Shown here: positions 1 through 7,953 of the stretch, in pieces
How the letters are laid out: every line of letters starts with the position of its first letter
How positions within the stretch are numbered: position 1 is the stretch's first letter
Translations under genes and position numbers: made by a program
Notes under the pieces: generated by a model
Seen by the model: only the letters and a program-made list of their open reading frames with translations
Told to the model about the DNA's origin: nothing
The model's database searches: none
DNA from: a virus
Taxonomy: Duplodnaviria > Heunggongvirae > Uroviricota > Caudoviricetes
Virus record (IMG/VR): IMGVR_UViG_2693429623_000012
Strand: one strand, 5' to 3'
Length of the DNA: 28,812 bases

Positions 1-28
1 AAAGTGATCTACTATTCCGCGCAGCTAT

Positions 29-493
29 TTAGATTCGTCTCGCCTGCCAGAAATTTTTCTGCCAATAGACATTATCAAGTGAGGAACGCATCACTCCCTT
101 GCTGGTAGAGGCGTGGATAAATTGGTTGTTGGTATCGTAAATACCTACATGCAAACCATTTTGTCCGGAACCCGTTTTGAAAAAGACCAGGTCACCAGGC
201 AGCAACTCGTCTTTATCAATTTGCGTGCCGATAGAGGCTTGTTCTTTGGTTTCTCGGGGCAGCTGCAAATCGAAACGATCGCGCATCGTTACAACCACAA
301 ATCCCGAACAGTCCACACCGCGCCGCGTCATGCCACCATAACGATACGGCGTGCCATGCCAGCTTTGTAGCTGGTCGTTCAAACCGGCAATAACGGTAAT
401 CGAATCAGAAAGTCTGGCATTTGGCGGCGGTGCTTTATGGTGGCTACACCCGGCCAGAAACAGTGCTGTGATCAAAATAAGGCAGAAACGCAT
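29..493 (-). CDS. nlpC: NlpC/P60-family lipoprotein (154 aa); signal peptide with lipobox LAGC
   Basis: ORF track 29..493; N-terminus MRFCLILITALFLAGC is a typical lipoprotein signal; position next to btuD matches the E. coli nlpC-btuD-btuE-btuC arrangement (recalled). Confidence 0.85.
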   Translation of the reverse strand: MRFCLILITALFLAGCSHHKAPPPNARLSDSITVIAGLNDQLQSWHGTPYRYGGMTRRGVDCSGFVVVTMRDRFDLQLPRETKEQASIGTQIDKDELLPGDLVFFKTGSGQNGLHVGIYDTNNQFIHASTSKGVMRSSLDNVYWQKNFWQARRI

Positions 494-570
494 TCCGTAC
501 GGTTCCTCTGTTTTTTATTCTTGCATTAATTTAGCGTCGTAATTACCCGATTTTCAAGATACTAATGAAA

Positions 571-1320
571 TCAGATGGTCGAAATCAGCATTCTGTGACC
601 TTCGATATCCAGACGGCGAAAATTCATCCCATAGGCCTGCGCCAGATTTGGCGGCGTGAGCACCTCTTCTCTGCGTCCACTGGCCAGCATTTTTCCACCT
701 TTTAGCAACCACGCCCGATGCGCATGACGCAATGTGTGGTTGAGATCGTGACTGCTCATCACAATCGCCAGTCCTTGCTGACACAGAGCGCTCAGAATTT
801 TGTCTAACGCACTTTGTTGCGCAACATCAAGACTGTTCATCGGCTCATCAAGAAGCAGCAATTGGCCTGCGGGATTGGCTTGTGGTGTGATTTGCAGCAC
901 CACCGCAGCAAGACGTACGCGTTGCCATTCACCGCCGGAAAGTTGATTGGTGCTACGTCCGAGTTTGTCATCAAGAGCCAGCGCCCCTGCGACATCATTC
1001 AGTAGTTCGGTACGCGTTTTATCGTGCTGATGCAGTGTCAGATAGTGCCAGACCGGCATTGCAAACGGCGGCGTCTGCTGTTGTGAAAGATAGGCGCGAT
1101 GCAGCGCGAGTTTTGTTGCGGACCATGCTTCCAGTGGTTGCCCCGCGAACTGAATACTTCCCTTACCGCTGGTCATTCCGGCCATTCGTGCCAGTAAGGT
1201 ACTCTTACCCGCGCCATTCGGCCCCACCAGGTGCAGGATCTCCCCAGCCCGAACCTCGCCAGAAAGTGGCCCCAGGCGGGTAGATTCCGCAACATCCTGT
1301 AACTGCATCACAATAGACAT
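571..1320 (-). CDS. btuD: Vitamin B12 ABC transporter ATP-binding protein BtuD (249 aa)
   Basis: Walker [13 protein letters not shown] signature LSGGEWQR, Walker B LLLLDEP; sequence matches E. coli BtuD as recalled; start overlaps btuE stop at 1320. Confidence 0.95.
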
Positions 1321-1871
1321 TATTTTGCCAACGCCAGTTTAATGCTTTCCATCACAATGGGGTCTTCCGGCGTCATATCCGGGGAAAAACGCTGGATGAC
1401 CAATCCGTCCCTGCCAACTAAAAATTTCTCAAAATTCCATAAAATATCATCAGGGTACAGCGGTGCACGACCTTTGCTGACCATACGGGCATAGAATCCG
1501 CTCTCTTCCGGCGCGACTGCGGTCGGCGCTGCGGCAATCAATTTTTGATACAGCGGATGGCGTCCTTCGCCGTTAACTTCAATCTTACTGAACATCGGGA
1601 ACGTCACCCCCCATGTGGTGGTACAGTAAGTTTTAATCTCTTCATCGCTGCCCGGTTCTTGTTCCAGAAACTGGTTGCACGGGAATCCCAGCACCACAAA
1701 ACCTCGATCGGCCCAGGCTTTCTGAATATTCTCCAACTGCTCATATTGCGGCGTTAAGCCACACTTTGAGGCGACATTGACAATCAACAGCACATTACCG
1801 GCGTACTTCTCCAGCGTGGTCACTTCACCGTCGATATCTTTCACTACGGTCGTCAGAATGGAATCTTGCAT
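1320..1871 (-). CDS. btuE: Glutathione peroxidase-family protein BtuE (183 aa)
   Basis: Full-length ORF between btuC and btuD; glutathione peroxidase-like motifs ([14 protein letters not shown]); operon context. Confidence 0.95.
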
Positions 1872-1933
1872 CGTTTCTCCTGGGTGTGGTCAGTAAAAAT
1901 CTTAGCTTTTAATCATAGACCGTCTTTTTGCGG

Positions 1934-2914
1934 CTAACGTCCTGCTTTTAACAATAACCAGATAAACACCGGCGCACCCAACGTTGCGGTGACCACGCCA
2001 ATAGGCAGCTCTGCGGCAGCTAATGCCAGGCGCGCTACAATATCGGCCAGCAGCACTGCGCTCGCCCCTGCCAGCGCGCAGCCGGGAAGTAATACGCGAT
2101 GATCGGTTAAACCACACAACCGAAGAATATGTGGGATCACCAGACCAATAAAGCCGATAGCACCCGCCAGCGCCACACTGACGCCAACCATCCAGCCGGT
2201 CGCTGCCACCAGCACATTGCGCCAGAACCACAGGGGTAAACCCAGTTGCCGCGCCGAGATCTCGCCAAGTGCTAACATATTCATCGGCCTGGACTGACAA
2301 CAGATCCACAACAACACGGGGATCAATGCCAGCATCAGCCAGCTTTGCCGCCAGTCTACGCCGCCAAAACCGCCCATCATCCAGTACATCAGCTGACGTA
2401 AATCAACAGAGGTGGAAAAGTAGATAGCCCACGTCATTAGTGCGCTACAGATAATCCCTAATGCAACGCCAGCCAGCAATAACCGACTGGTCGAAAGATG
2501 ACGACGGGCGAAACGTAAGAGTATTAAAGTGATGATAAGCGCGCCAGCAATCGCACACAGCCCTAGCGCCCAGTTGGGGAGTTGCCCTTGCCCAAGCAAT
2601 ACCGCGGCGATAAGCCCCACGCCTGCGCCGTTAGAGACGCCAAGTAGTCCAGGTTCTGCCAGAGGATTTTCAAACAACGCCTGCATTACAGCGCCGGATA
2701 TAGCCAGCGCCGCACCAACCAGCAATACAGCCAGCGTACGTGGCAGGCGAATTTGCCAGACGAACAGTTCGCCACGAGGAGTAAACCAGTCACCTGGCGA
2801 AATCCATTGTTCACCGGCGCAAAGGCTTAAGAGAAGCGCCAGCAGCATCAAAACTGACAGGCATAATAACCAGCGAATATTTTGTCGCTGTTGTTGGCGG
2901 GCAAGTGTCAGCAT
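1934..2914 (-). CDS. btuC: Vitamin B12 ABC transporter permease BtuC (326 aa)
   Basis: Highly hydrophobic multi-TM protein; sequence matches E. coli BtuC as recalled ([17 protein letters not shown]...LLKAGR). Confidence 0.95.
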   Translation of the reverse strand: MLTLARQQQRQNIRWLLCLSVLMLLALLLSLCAGEQWISPGDWFTPRGELFVWQIRLPRTLAVLLVGAALAISGAVMQALFENPLAEPGLLGVSNGAGVGLIAAVLLGQGQLPNWALGLCAIAGALIITLILLRFARRHLSTSRLLLAGVALGIICSALMTWAIYFSTSVDLRQLMYWMMGGFGGVDWRQSWLMLALIPVLLWICCQSRPMNMLALGEISARQLGLPLWFWRNVLVAATGWMVGVSVALAGAIGFIGLVIPHILRLCGLTDHRVLLPGCALAGASAVLLADIVARLALAAAELPIGVVTATLGAPVFIWLLLKAGR

Positions 2915-2969
2915 GGTATCCGTTCTGCTGAAGTGTCATGGCGTTGATTTTACGGTGACTCTTCGACAG

Positions 2970-2997
2970 TGAAAAGAAAAAAGGCCGCAGAGCGGCC
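2970..2997 (-). terminator. Intrinsic terminator for a minus-strand transcript: hairpin GGCCGCTCTGCGGCC followed by TTTTTTCTTTTC
   Basis: Plus strand reads gaaaagaaaaaa-ggccgcagagcggcc (2970-2997); on the minus strand this is a 6-bp GC stem with 3-nt loop followed by a T-run. Lies about 110 bp downstream of the cargo ORF stop and about 60 bp upstream of the btuC start. Confidence 0.6.
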
Positions 2998-3106
2998 ATA
3001 AACACAAACAAAAATCAATAAGTTAGGTAATTATCAAAGACTTACAGACACACAAAAACACAGCCAACCACAACAAATAACAGAGATGTGGTCAATTTGT
3101 GGATCA

Positions 3107-3544
3107 TCAGCCAACAAATTTAGCAACAAATACAGCAACCGCCGCTGTGAAAATGGTTGTGCACACTGGCACAATAATGCCACTCCAACGCCACTTCGTA
3201 TTATCATCAACCTTGTCAAACCGCCGATTCATCTCATCCATAATCTTGTCAAAGCGTTTATCCATCGCTTCGGTAAGCTCACCCTTCAGGCTGTTAATGT
3301 CTGATTTGAGCTGCTCTTTCAGGTTAGCTGTATCAGATTTAAGCTCACCTTTCAGATTCGCAATATCGCATTCAAGATCACCTTTCAGATGTGCTATGTC
3401 TGCTTTGAGTTCACCTTTCACCTCACCAACATCGGCTTTAGTTGAGAGGTTTGTAGTGCGTTCAGCAAGCGTCGCAAGGTCGTTTCTTGTTAGCGATAAA
3501 TCACCTTCGAGCCGCTCAATTCGCCTTTCAAGTTTATCTGACAT
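3107..3544 (-). CDS. Membrane-anchored coiled-coil protein with five 11-residue (hendecad) repeats and one C-terminal TM helix; unknown function (alternative upstream start at 3661 gives 184 aa)
   Basis: ORF track 3107..3661. An internal ATG at 3544 is preceded by GGAGG (4-nt spacer) and gives MSDKLERRIERLEG... Repeats like ADIAHLKGDLE / CDIANLKGELK / SDTANLKEQLK; C-terminal hydrophobic segment IIVPVCTTIFTAAVAVFVAKFV. Lower GC than the flanking host genes. Confidence 0.6.
   Translation of the reverse strand: MSDKLERRIERLEGDLSLTRNDLATLAERTTNLSTKADVGEVKGELKADIAHLKGDLECDIANLKGELKSDTANLKEQLKSDINSLKGELTEAMDKRFDKIMDEMNRRFDKVDDNTKWRWSGIIVPVCTTIFTAAVAVFVAKFVG
3277..3441. repeat. Five imperfect tandem 33-bp repeats inside the coiled-coil cargo gene
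   Basis: Units start at 3277, 3310, 3343, 3376, 3409, for example gctcacctttcagattcgcaatatcgcattcaa and gatcacctttcagatgtgctatgtctgctttga; in frame, each encodes one 11-aa repeat. Confidence 0.85.
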
Positions 3545-3644
3545 TCCGCCTCCACTACTGCCGCCATCGCCACCATGATAAAGCACATCACGCTCAGAAT
3601 GCGACACACTACCTGCTGAATTACCGAAAAGATTTCTTGCTACA

Positions 3645-4178
3645 TTACCCATTATCACCATCCTGCGCTTTGTCTTTCTCCAACCACTTCAGCACCGCAG
3701 ACGTACGATAAAGGCTCAGGTAACCACAATTCAGGCAATGCAGCGTGTAATAAGTTTTGCGCATATCAGGTATGCTCTTAACATCACCCAAAAAAGCATA
3801 AGATACATAATGCTTTATGTTCTCTTTAATTAACTCACTCTGTTCCTCCAGGGGTAGATTGTTAAAATTTTCTGGTTTCTTATTTTTATCCCAGCAAAGA
3901 TCCATACTTTCTGGAACAGATAATCGCGACGATCCACATGAAGGGCAGACACTGGAGACCCCCTTCTCAGACAAGAAACGGAAGAAGATTTCTGGCGTAA
4001 TCTCCATCAGCCGCTCTTTATGTTTTNNNNNNNNNNNNNNNNNNNNNNNNNNNNNNNNNNNNNNNNNNNNNNNCGACTTCTTATTGATTTCATCAGCTTC
4101 TTCTTTGCATTTATCTTCTATATATTTCGATAGTAAATAGTCATATAACTCTTTTTTTGTAGGTTTTTTTATTTCCAT
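3645..4178 (-). CDS. Lys-rich protein with two CxxC pairs (CPSCG ... CLNCG), a putative zinc ribbon; unknown function; interrupted by an assembly gap so true length is uncertain
   Basis: ORF track 3645..4178 (16 X residues from the N run). Start ATG at 4178 lies 2 nt after the int stop (TAA at 4183-4181, minus strand) and is preceded by GGGAGGA inside the int 3' end. AT-rich (roughly 40% GC by eye). Confidence 0.55.
   Translation of the reverse strand: MEIKKPTKKELYDYLLSKYIEDKCKEEADEINKKSXXXXXXXXXXXXXXXXKHKERLMEITPEIFFRFLSEKGVSSVCPSCGSSRLSVPESMDLCWDKNKKPENFNNLPLEEQSELIKENIKHYVSYAFLGDVKSIPDMRKTYYTLHCLNCGYLSLYRTSAVLKWLEKDKAQDGDNG
4027..4073. other. Assembly gap (47 N)
   Basis: Run of n characters; not biological sequence. 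Confidence 0.99.
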
Positions 4179-4180
4179 AG

Positions 4181-5158
4181 TTACATTCCTCCCAAGGGAT
4201 TAAACCTCACCGCATCCTGCAAGTAATCCGGCGCAAGATGGGCATAAATCATCGTTGTCTGAATCTTTGCGTGCCCCAGAATTTTCTGGAGCGTCAGAAT
4301 ATTGCCGCCGTTCATCATGAAATGACTGGCGAAGGTGTGGCGCAGCGCATGAACAGCCTGGCCGTCAGGAACATCAGGTGCGACCGTTTTGATGACATCG
4401 CGAACCAATGAATAATCCAGCGTCGGAAACACCAGTTTCCCGCCCCGTTTTTTGATCTTTTCAAACAGGCTTTCAGAAATAGGAACGGTACGGTTTTTGC
4501 TGTTCTTCGTTTTTGAAAAAGTGATTCGACAATGAAGAACACGGCGCTGCTCCAGTGCCGCTACCTCGCCCCATCGCGCCCCGGTCGACAGAAGGATTTC
4601 GACGGCCAGCCGTTCATCGGGATTTTCAGCCAGTGCATCCAGCAACTGAACACATTCAGACTTACTCAGATATCCCATTTCACGCTCGTTAACCTTCATT
4701 CCTTTAAGGCCTTGAACGGGGTTATCGTTAAGAAAATGGCCGGATGAGATGAGTGCGGTAAACATCGCGCTTAACGCCCCAATCTCTCGATTTATGGTGC
4801 TGGGCTGTATCCCCTGCTCTATCCTGGACACACGTAGCTCGGTGAGCATCGTTGTATTAAGTTTATGCACGCACGGGTCATCCATTGCCTCACTCAAGCG
4901 CAGCAATTTAAGGCGCGTGTTATGCCCTGACTTCATTAGCTGGCCGTGGTATTTCCACCACAAGTCAATAAGCACTGACAGCGGACGGCGATCAATGGAG
5001 TTTCCTTTCCACTCATTGTTATGCTGTTGCGCCAGCACCCACCGCTCATATAAAACTGCATCCGATTTCGTTTTAAATTTTTTGCGAATGCGTTTGCCTT
5101 TACGCCCCTCAGGACGCATGTCAAGAAGATACCCTCCCGGAATTGATTTTATGCTCAT
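4181..5158 (-). CDS. int: Tyrosine site-specific integrase, P2 Int-like (about 325 aa)
   Basis: ORF track 4181..5308. Start moved to the ATG at 5158 (MSIKSIPGGYLLDMRPEGRKGKRIRKKF...), which aligns with the P2 Int N-terminus (MAIKKLDDGRYEVDIRPTGRNGKRIRRKF, recalled). C-terminal catalytic region HALRHTFASHFMMNGGNILTLQKILGHAKIQTTMIYAHLAPDYL carries the conserved R..H-x-x-R..Y motifs. Confidence 0.9.
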   Translation of the reverse strand: MSIKSIPGGYLLDMRPEGRKGKRIRKKFKTKSDAVLYERWVLAQQHNNEWKGNSIDRRPLSVLIDLWWKYHGQLMKSGHNTRLKLLRLSEAMDDPCVHKLNTTMLTELRVSRIEQGIQPSTINREIGALSAMFTALISSGHFLNDNPVQGLKGMKVNEREMGYLSKSECVQLLDALAENPDERLAVEILLSTGARWGEVAALEQRRVLHCRITFSKTKNSKNRTVPISESLFEKIKKRGGKLVFPTLDYSLVRDVIKTVAPDVPDGQAVHALRHTFASHFMMNGGNILTLQKILGHAKIQTTMIYAHLAPDYLQDAVRFNPLGGM

Positions 5159-5207
5159 TCGTGAAGCCCCAGCGTTACAAGACCACCATGCCCCCAGCGT
5201 TCCATGA

Positions 5208-5519
5208 TTAGCCGGGCTGTGTGCCAGTCTTGCGGGATTTTTGAGAAGACGATGTGTTTTCTGGCCCATCAGGGGAGAGAGAAGGACTGATCTGCCCAGC
5301 AGCCTCATTTGTTTCGTTACTCATCAACCACGTAGTGTATTTTTTAAATTCCGGGTGCATTGTGATTTTCAGTAAAACCTCCGTTCCCACACCTCGAATA
5401 CCAGTCTCGTATTGCTTAACCGTACCAACCGCAATACCTATTGAATCCGCGAACTTTGCCTGACTAAGCCCCTCAGATTCTCGAATTGCTTTTAGCTTCT
5501 TTGATATCTCTATTGACAT
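5208..5519 (-). CDS. Immunity repressor, P2 C-like (about 104 aa)
   Basis: ORF track 5208..5621; start moved to the ATG at 5519 (MSIEISKKLKAIRESEGLSQAKFADSIGIAVGTVKQYETG..., HTH). C-terminal part ...EFKKYTTWLMSNETNEAAGQISPSL... resembles P2 C (...QFTKYTLWFMTNQIAPESGQIAPAL..., recalled). Divergent from the cox-like gene, upstream of int. Confidence 0.8.
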   Translation of the reverse strand: MSIEISKKLKAIRESEGLSQAKFADSIGIAVGTVKQYETGIRGVGTEVLLKITMHPEFKKYTTWLMSNETNEAAGQISPSLSPDGPENTSSSQKSRKTGTQPG

Positions 5520-5614
5520 GGTGTGCACCTGAATACTATATTGGTTATCAGTTGAGTACCACTTGACGCTACAAAGAGCCACAAATAGCACCAGATTGAA
5601 TAGGTTATCACACC
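5520..5614. promoter_or_regulatory. Divergent lysogenic/early promoter-operator region between C and the cox-like gene
   Basis: 95-bp gap between divergently transcribed C (minus) and cox-like (plus) genes. Contains a direct repeat of GGTTATCA (5543-5550 and 5603-5610) with similar flanks (tattGGTTATCAg / aataGGTTATCAc) and a TTGACG hexamer at 5563-5568. Confidence 0.5.
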
Positions 5615-5893
5615 ATGGCAAAAGTCCTTAACACATACGAACAAGCGGATTTTGAGCGTTTGGCGGCGTTCTACCCATACCGTAATGAACATGGGCTACC
5701 GGTACTTGAAGAAAGCCTAGAGGATTATGCGAAACGCACAAATCAAAGCATTCTCGCTGTAAGAAGGCAGGCTGATAGATCGGTAATTCCCGTTACTCAA
5801 GAAGGAAGAAACACAAAACGCAAAGTAAATCTCTTCGCAATTTTCCTGAAAACCATCAGAAACGCAGAGAAATACGTGCAGATGACAAAATAA
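5615..5893 (+). CDS. Cox-like small early-operon protein (92 aa); assignment is positional
   Basis: First gene of the rightward early operon, divergent from C, about P2 Cox size (91 aa). I could not confirm sequence similarity to P2 Cox by eye. Confidence 0.5.
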   Translation: MAKVLNTYEQADFERLAAFYPYRNEHGLPVLEESLEDYAKRTNQSILAVRRQADRSVIPVTQEGRNTKRKVNLFAIFLKTIRNAEKYVQMTK

Positions 5894-5907
5894 CGAGGTG
5901 TCATTTT

Positions 5908-6246
5908 ATGCTGAAGCAACGCCGTAATTTTTGTACCGGAACAGAACGCCACGCTAACCGTTTCACTACCAGTGCATCACGCAGCAACATCCGCTACAGC
6001 CTGAGTGATACACACGCAACGCCGGATGGCTACCCAGTAAAACAAATCGGCGAGCACGCCTGGCTGATTGAGAAAGCTGGAATCGTGATCCACAAATGCC
6101 CACGCAATCCGTTTACCGGAAACCGCATTTTTGCACTGAGCTGTGGCGACAATCAGTTCGGGCAGGATTTCACATTATACGAAGCACTTCGCACGGTTGA
6201 TCGTCTGCTTCGCGGGCAAAGTTTTATTAAACAGGCTGATTTATAA
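5908..6246 (+). CDS. Hypothetical early-operon protein (112 aa)
   Basis: ORF track 5908..6246; GAGGTG 7 nt upstream of the ATG; no recognisable motif. Confidence 0.5.
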   Translation: MLKQRRNFCTGTERHANRFTTSASRSNIRYSLSDTHATPDGYPVKQIGEHAWLIEKAGIVIHKCPRNPFTGNRIFALSCGDNQFGQDFTLYEALRTVDRLLRGQSFIKQADL

Positions 6247-6256
6247 CAGGTGCTTT

Positions 6257-6544
6257 ATGACCAAAGACAATGCACAAGGTGTATTTATCCGTTTTATTGA
6301 TTTTCGCGGTGAACTGTTATTACGTGCATCCGCTATTGACGGAGTGACTCCGGCGGGTAAAAACGGAGCCGACGAAGCCACTTACGTTTATCTGAACGGC
6401 ACGCGACTGCTTGTGGAACTTCCGTACCAGACCGTACGAGAAATCATCAGCGAAGATGAAAAGGCACGCCAGGTTAATGGCGATGAACCCTATATCGAAA
6501 TTATTTGTATGGATTCAGAAGCTGAAATACAGAAAGCAGATTAA
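6257..6544 (+). CDS. Hypothetical early-operon protein (95 aa)
   Basis: ORF track 6143..6544 trimmed to the ATG at 6257 (MTKDNAQGVFIRF...) so it does not overlap the upstream gene; AGGTG just upstream. Confidence 0.45.
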   Translation: MTKDNAQGVFIRFIDFRGELLLRASAIDGVTPAGKNGADEATYVYLNGTRLLVELPYQTVREIISEDEKARQVNGDEPYIEIICMDSEAEIQKAD

Positions 6545-6552
6545 AGGGCGTT

Positions 6553-6798
6553 GTGATGGGCAAAGAATATAAAACTCTCATTAACAAAGCACTTGAGCGT
6601 TTTTATTTTCGCTTAAGTGCATCAGGCGCTCATGCTGAACGTGCGGCCCGTGACTCATTGACCAGAGCAATCCGAAGTCTGTATGACGTGGCTTTTTACG
6701 CTGATGATCTGGATGCACTTAACGAACTTTCCGAGCTGATCTGTGCCGCAGAATGCGGGGAACATATTGAACCGTATAAGCTGGGAAATATCGCATGA
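6553..6798 (+). CDS. Hypothetical early-operon protein (81 aa)
   Basis: ORF track 6553..6798; tightly packed in the operon. Confidence 0.5.
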   Translation: MMGKEYKTLINKALERFYFRLSASGAHAERAARDSLTRAIRSLYDVAFYADDLDALNELSELICAAECGEHIEPYKLGNIA

Positions 6799-6908
6799 GT
6801 ATATTTATTTCATGGCTTGTTCTGATTATTTCGGTGGTCTGCGCCATTGGGATTATGCGAATTATTAATTCAGTAAAAAAGATTGAACGCTTTTTCACTG
6901 AAGAATAA
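6795..6908 (+). CDS. Small hydrophobic protein (37 aa, one predicted TM helix); not in the ORF track
   Basis: My own translation: ATG at 6795 overlaps the upstream stop (ATGA) and reads MSIFISWLVLIISVVCAIGIMRIINSVKKIERFFTEE, stop at 6906-6908. Confidence 0.35.
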   Translation: MSIFISWLVLIISVVCAIGIMRIINSVKKIERFFTEE

Positions 6909-6994
6909 CCGCGCAAATAAGACCCTAGGTTAAATAAGAAAATGTGAAAACAATCCGCATTCGCGGAGGTATTCGCACACGCCAAGGAGGCGTA

Positions 6995-7198
6995 ATGGCA
7001 ATTAAGCATTTTCCTGTCGTTCGTTTCACCTCCAGAGGACGTGAATACGAAGTTGACGAACGCCTGATTACCACAATCGACAAACACCGTTCAGAAAAGG
7101 ATGCACATCATATCTATCTCACTGACGGCACTTACTTCTGCGCCACCAACGTGGTGCAGGTGAATCTTATCAGACAGGTACAGGAGTCACGCAGATGA
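6995..7198 (+). CDS. Hypothetical early-operon protein (67 aa)
   Basis: ORF track 6944..7198 trimmed to the ATG at 6995 (MAIKHFPVVRF...), preceded by AAGGAGG at 6984-6990. Confidence 0.5.
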   Translation: MAIKHFPVVRFTSRGREYEVDERLITTIDKHRSEKDAHHIYLTDGTYFCATNVVQVNLIRQVQESRR

Positions 7199-7440
7199 CC
7201 ATTCTGGACTACATCGCTGCCAATCCGGGTTGTAGCAGTGGAGAAATCGCCGCAGCACTGAATACACCAACCACAACCATTAATGCGGAGCTACGCCGTC
7301 TCTGGCGCAGCGGTTTAGTCACAAGAAAAGAGCGCAAAACAGGCGGTCGCTTTTCTTATCAGGTAAACCTGATGCCGTTTGGGTGTAGCAACCCACTAAC
7401 CCAGATGTTCAACCAGCTACTGAGGGAAATCAGAGCATGA
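7195..7440 (+). CDS. Small putative winged-helix DNA-binding protein (81 aa)
   Basis: ORF track 7195..7440; segment SSGEIAAALNTPTTTINAELRRLWRSGLVTRKER looks like an HTH with a wing; start overlaps the upstream stop. Confidence 0.45.
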   Translation: MTILDYIAANPGCSSGEIAAALNTPTTTINAELRRLWRSGLVTRKERKTGGRFSYQVNLMPFGCSNPLTQMFNQLLREIRA

Positions 7441-7581
7441 GCACCTCCAACTGCCGGAAACCACGTCGGGCTTCAGCAGCTCATCCGGCAGCAAAACAAA
7501 CTCCATTAATTCCTGTTCCGGGCCTTTCCTGCACCTTGCGGCGGGAGGCCTTCGCACATCTGTAACAAGAGGATTGCCGCA

Positions 7582-7947
7582 ATGATTCTCGCCAACGACT
7601 TTCTTGAATACCTGCTCAACACAGAGCGTGATCTTGCCGCTCGCGTGCGTGATCGTTATGACATGTACCTGAAATCCCTGCCTGTACCGCAGCTCGCTGA
7701 CGGAAAGATTGTTATTGATGGTCGCTACATGATTGACAGCCACGAGGGAAATTACAGGCTTTACCGCATTGAAGGTGGCACCCCGTCCGTTATTGGCATT
7801 TACCAGCGCCCATCCTCTGCAATCGTCGATGTGATTGCCGACAGCATCCGCATCACACATCGCCATGCCGACACAGAAGACACCGTGCTGGAAATTCAGC
7901 GGCTGGCTACAGTCTGCCGCGACACCCTGAATGGCATGACGAAGTAA
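7582..7947 (+). CDS. Hypothetical early-operon protein (121 aa)
   Basis: ORF track 7582..7947; AAGAGGA upstream; immediately precedes the replication gene. Confidence 0.5.
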   Translation: MILANDFLEYLLNTERDLAARVRDRYDMYLKSLPVPQLADGKIVIDGRYMIDSHEGNYRLYRIEGGTPSVIGIYQRPSSAIVDVIADSIRITHRHADTEDTVLEIQRLATVCRDTLNGMTK

Positions 7948-7953
7948 ATCACT

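Noticed and set aside
2915-3106. tRNA gene as integration target at the prophage boundary
   Set aside because: No cloverleaf-like structure or conserved tRNA motifs seen by eye here; P2-type integrases commonly use non-tRNA sites. A proper tRNA scan was not run.
3277-3441. Possible CRISPR array (regular 33-bp repeats)
   Set aside because: The repeats are contiguous with no spacers, imperfect, and in frame within a protein-coding gene; no cas genes nearby.
3545-3661. Extended N-terminus of the coiled-coil cargo ORF (start at 3661, overlapping the upstream gene)
   Set aside because: Kept as an alternative only. The internal ATG at 3544 has a GGAGG site and avoids a 17-nt overlap; the extension is Gly/Ser-rich and could still be real.
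5159-5308. 50-codon N-terminal extension of int in the ORF track
   Set aside because: Alignment to the P2 Int N-terminus begins at the ATG at 5158; the extension has no counterpart there.
5908-6544. Overlap between ORFs 5908..6246 and 6143..6544
   Set aside because: Resolved by starting the second gene at the ATG at 6257, just after the first gene's stop; the 6143 start would need a 100-nt out-of-frame overlap.
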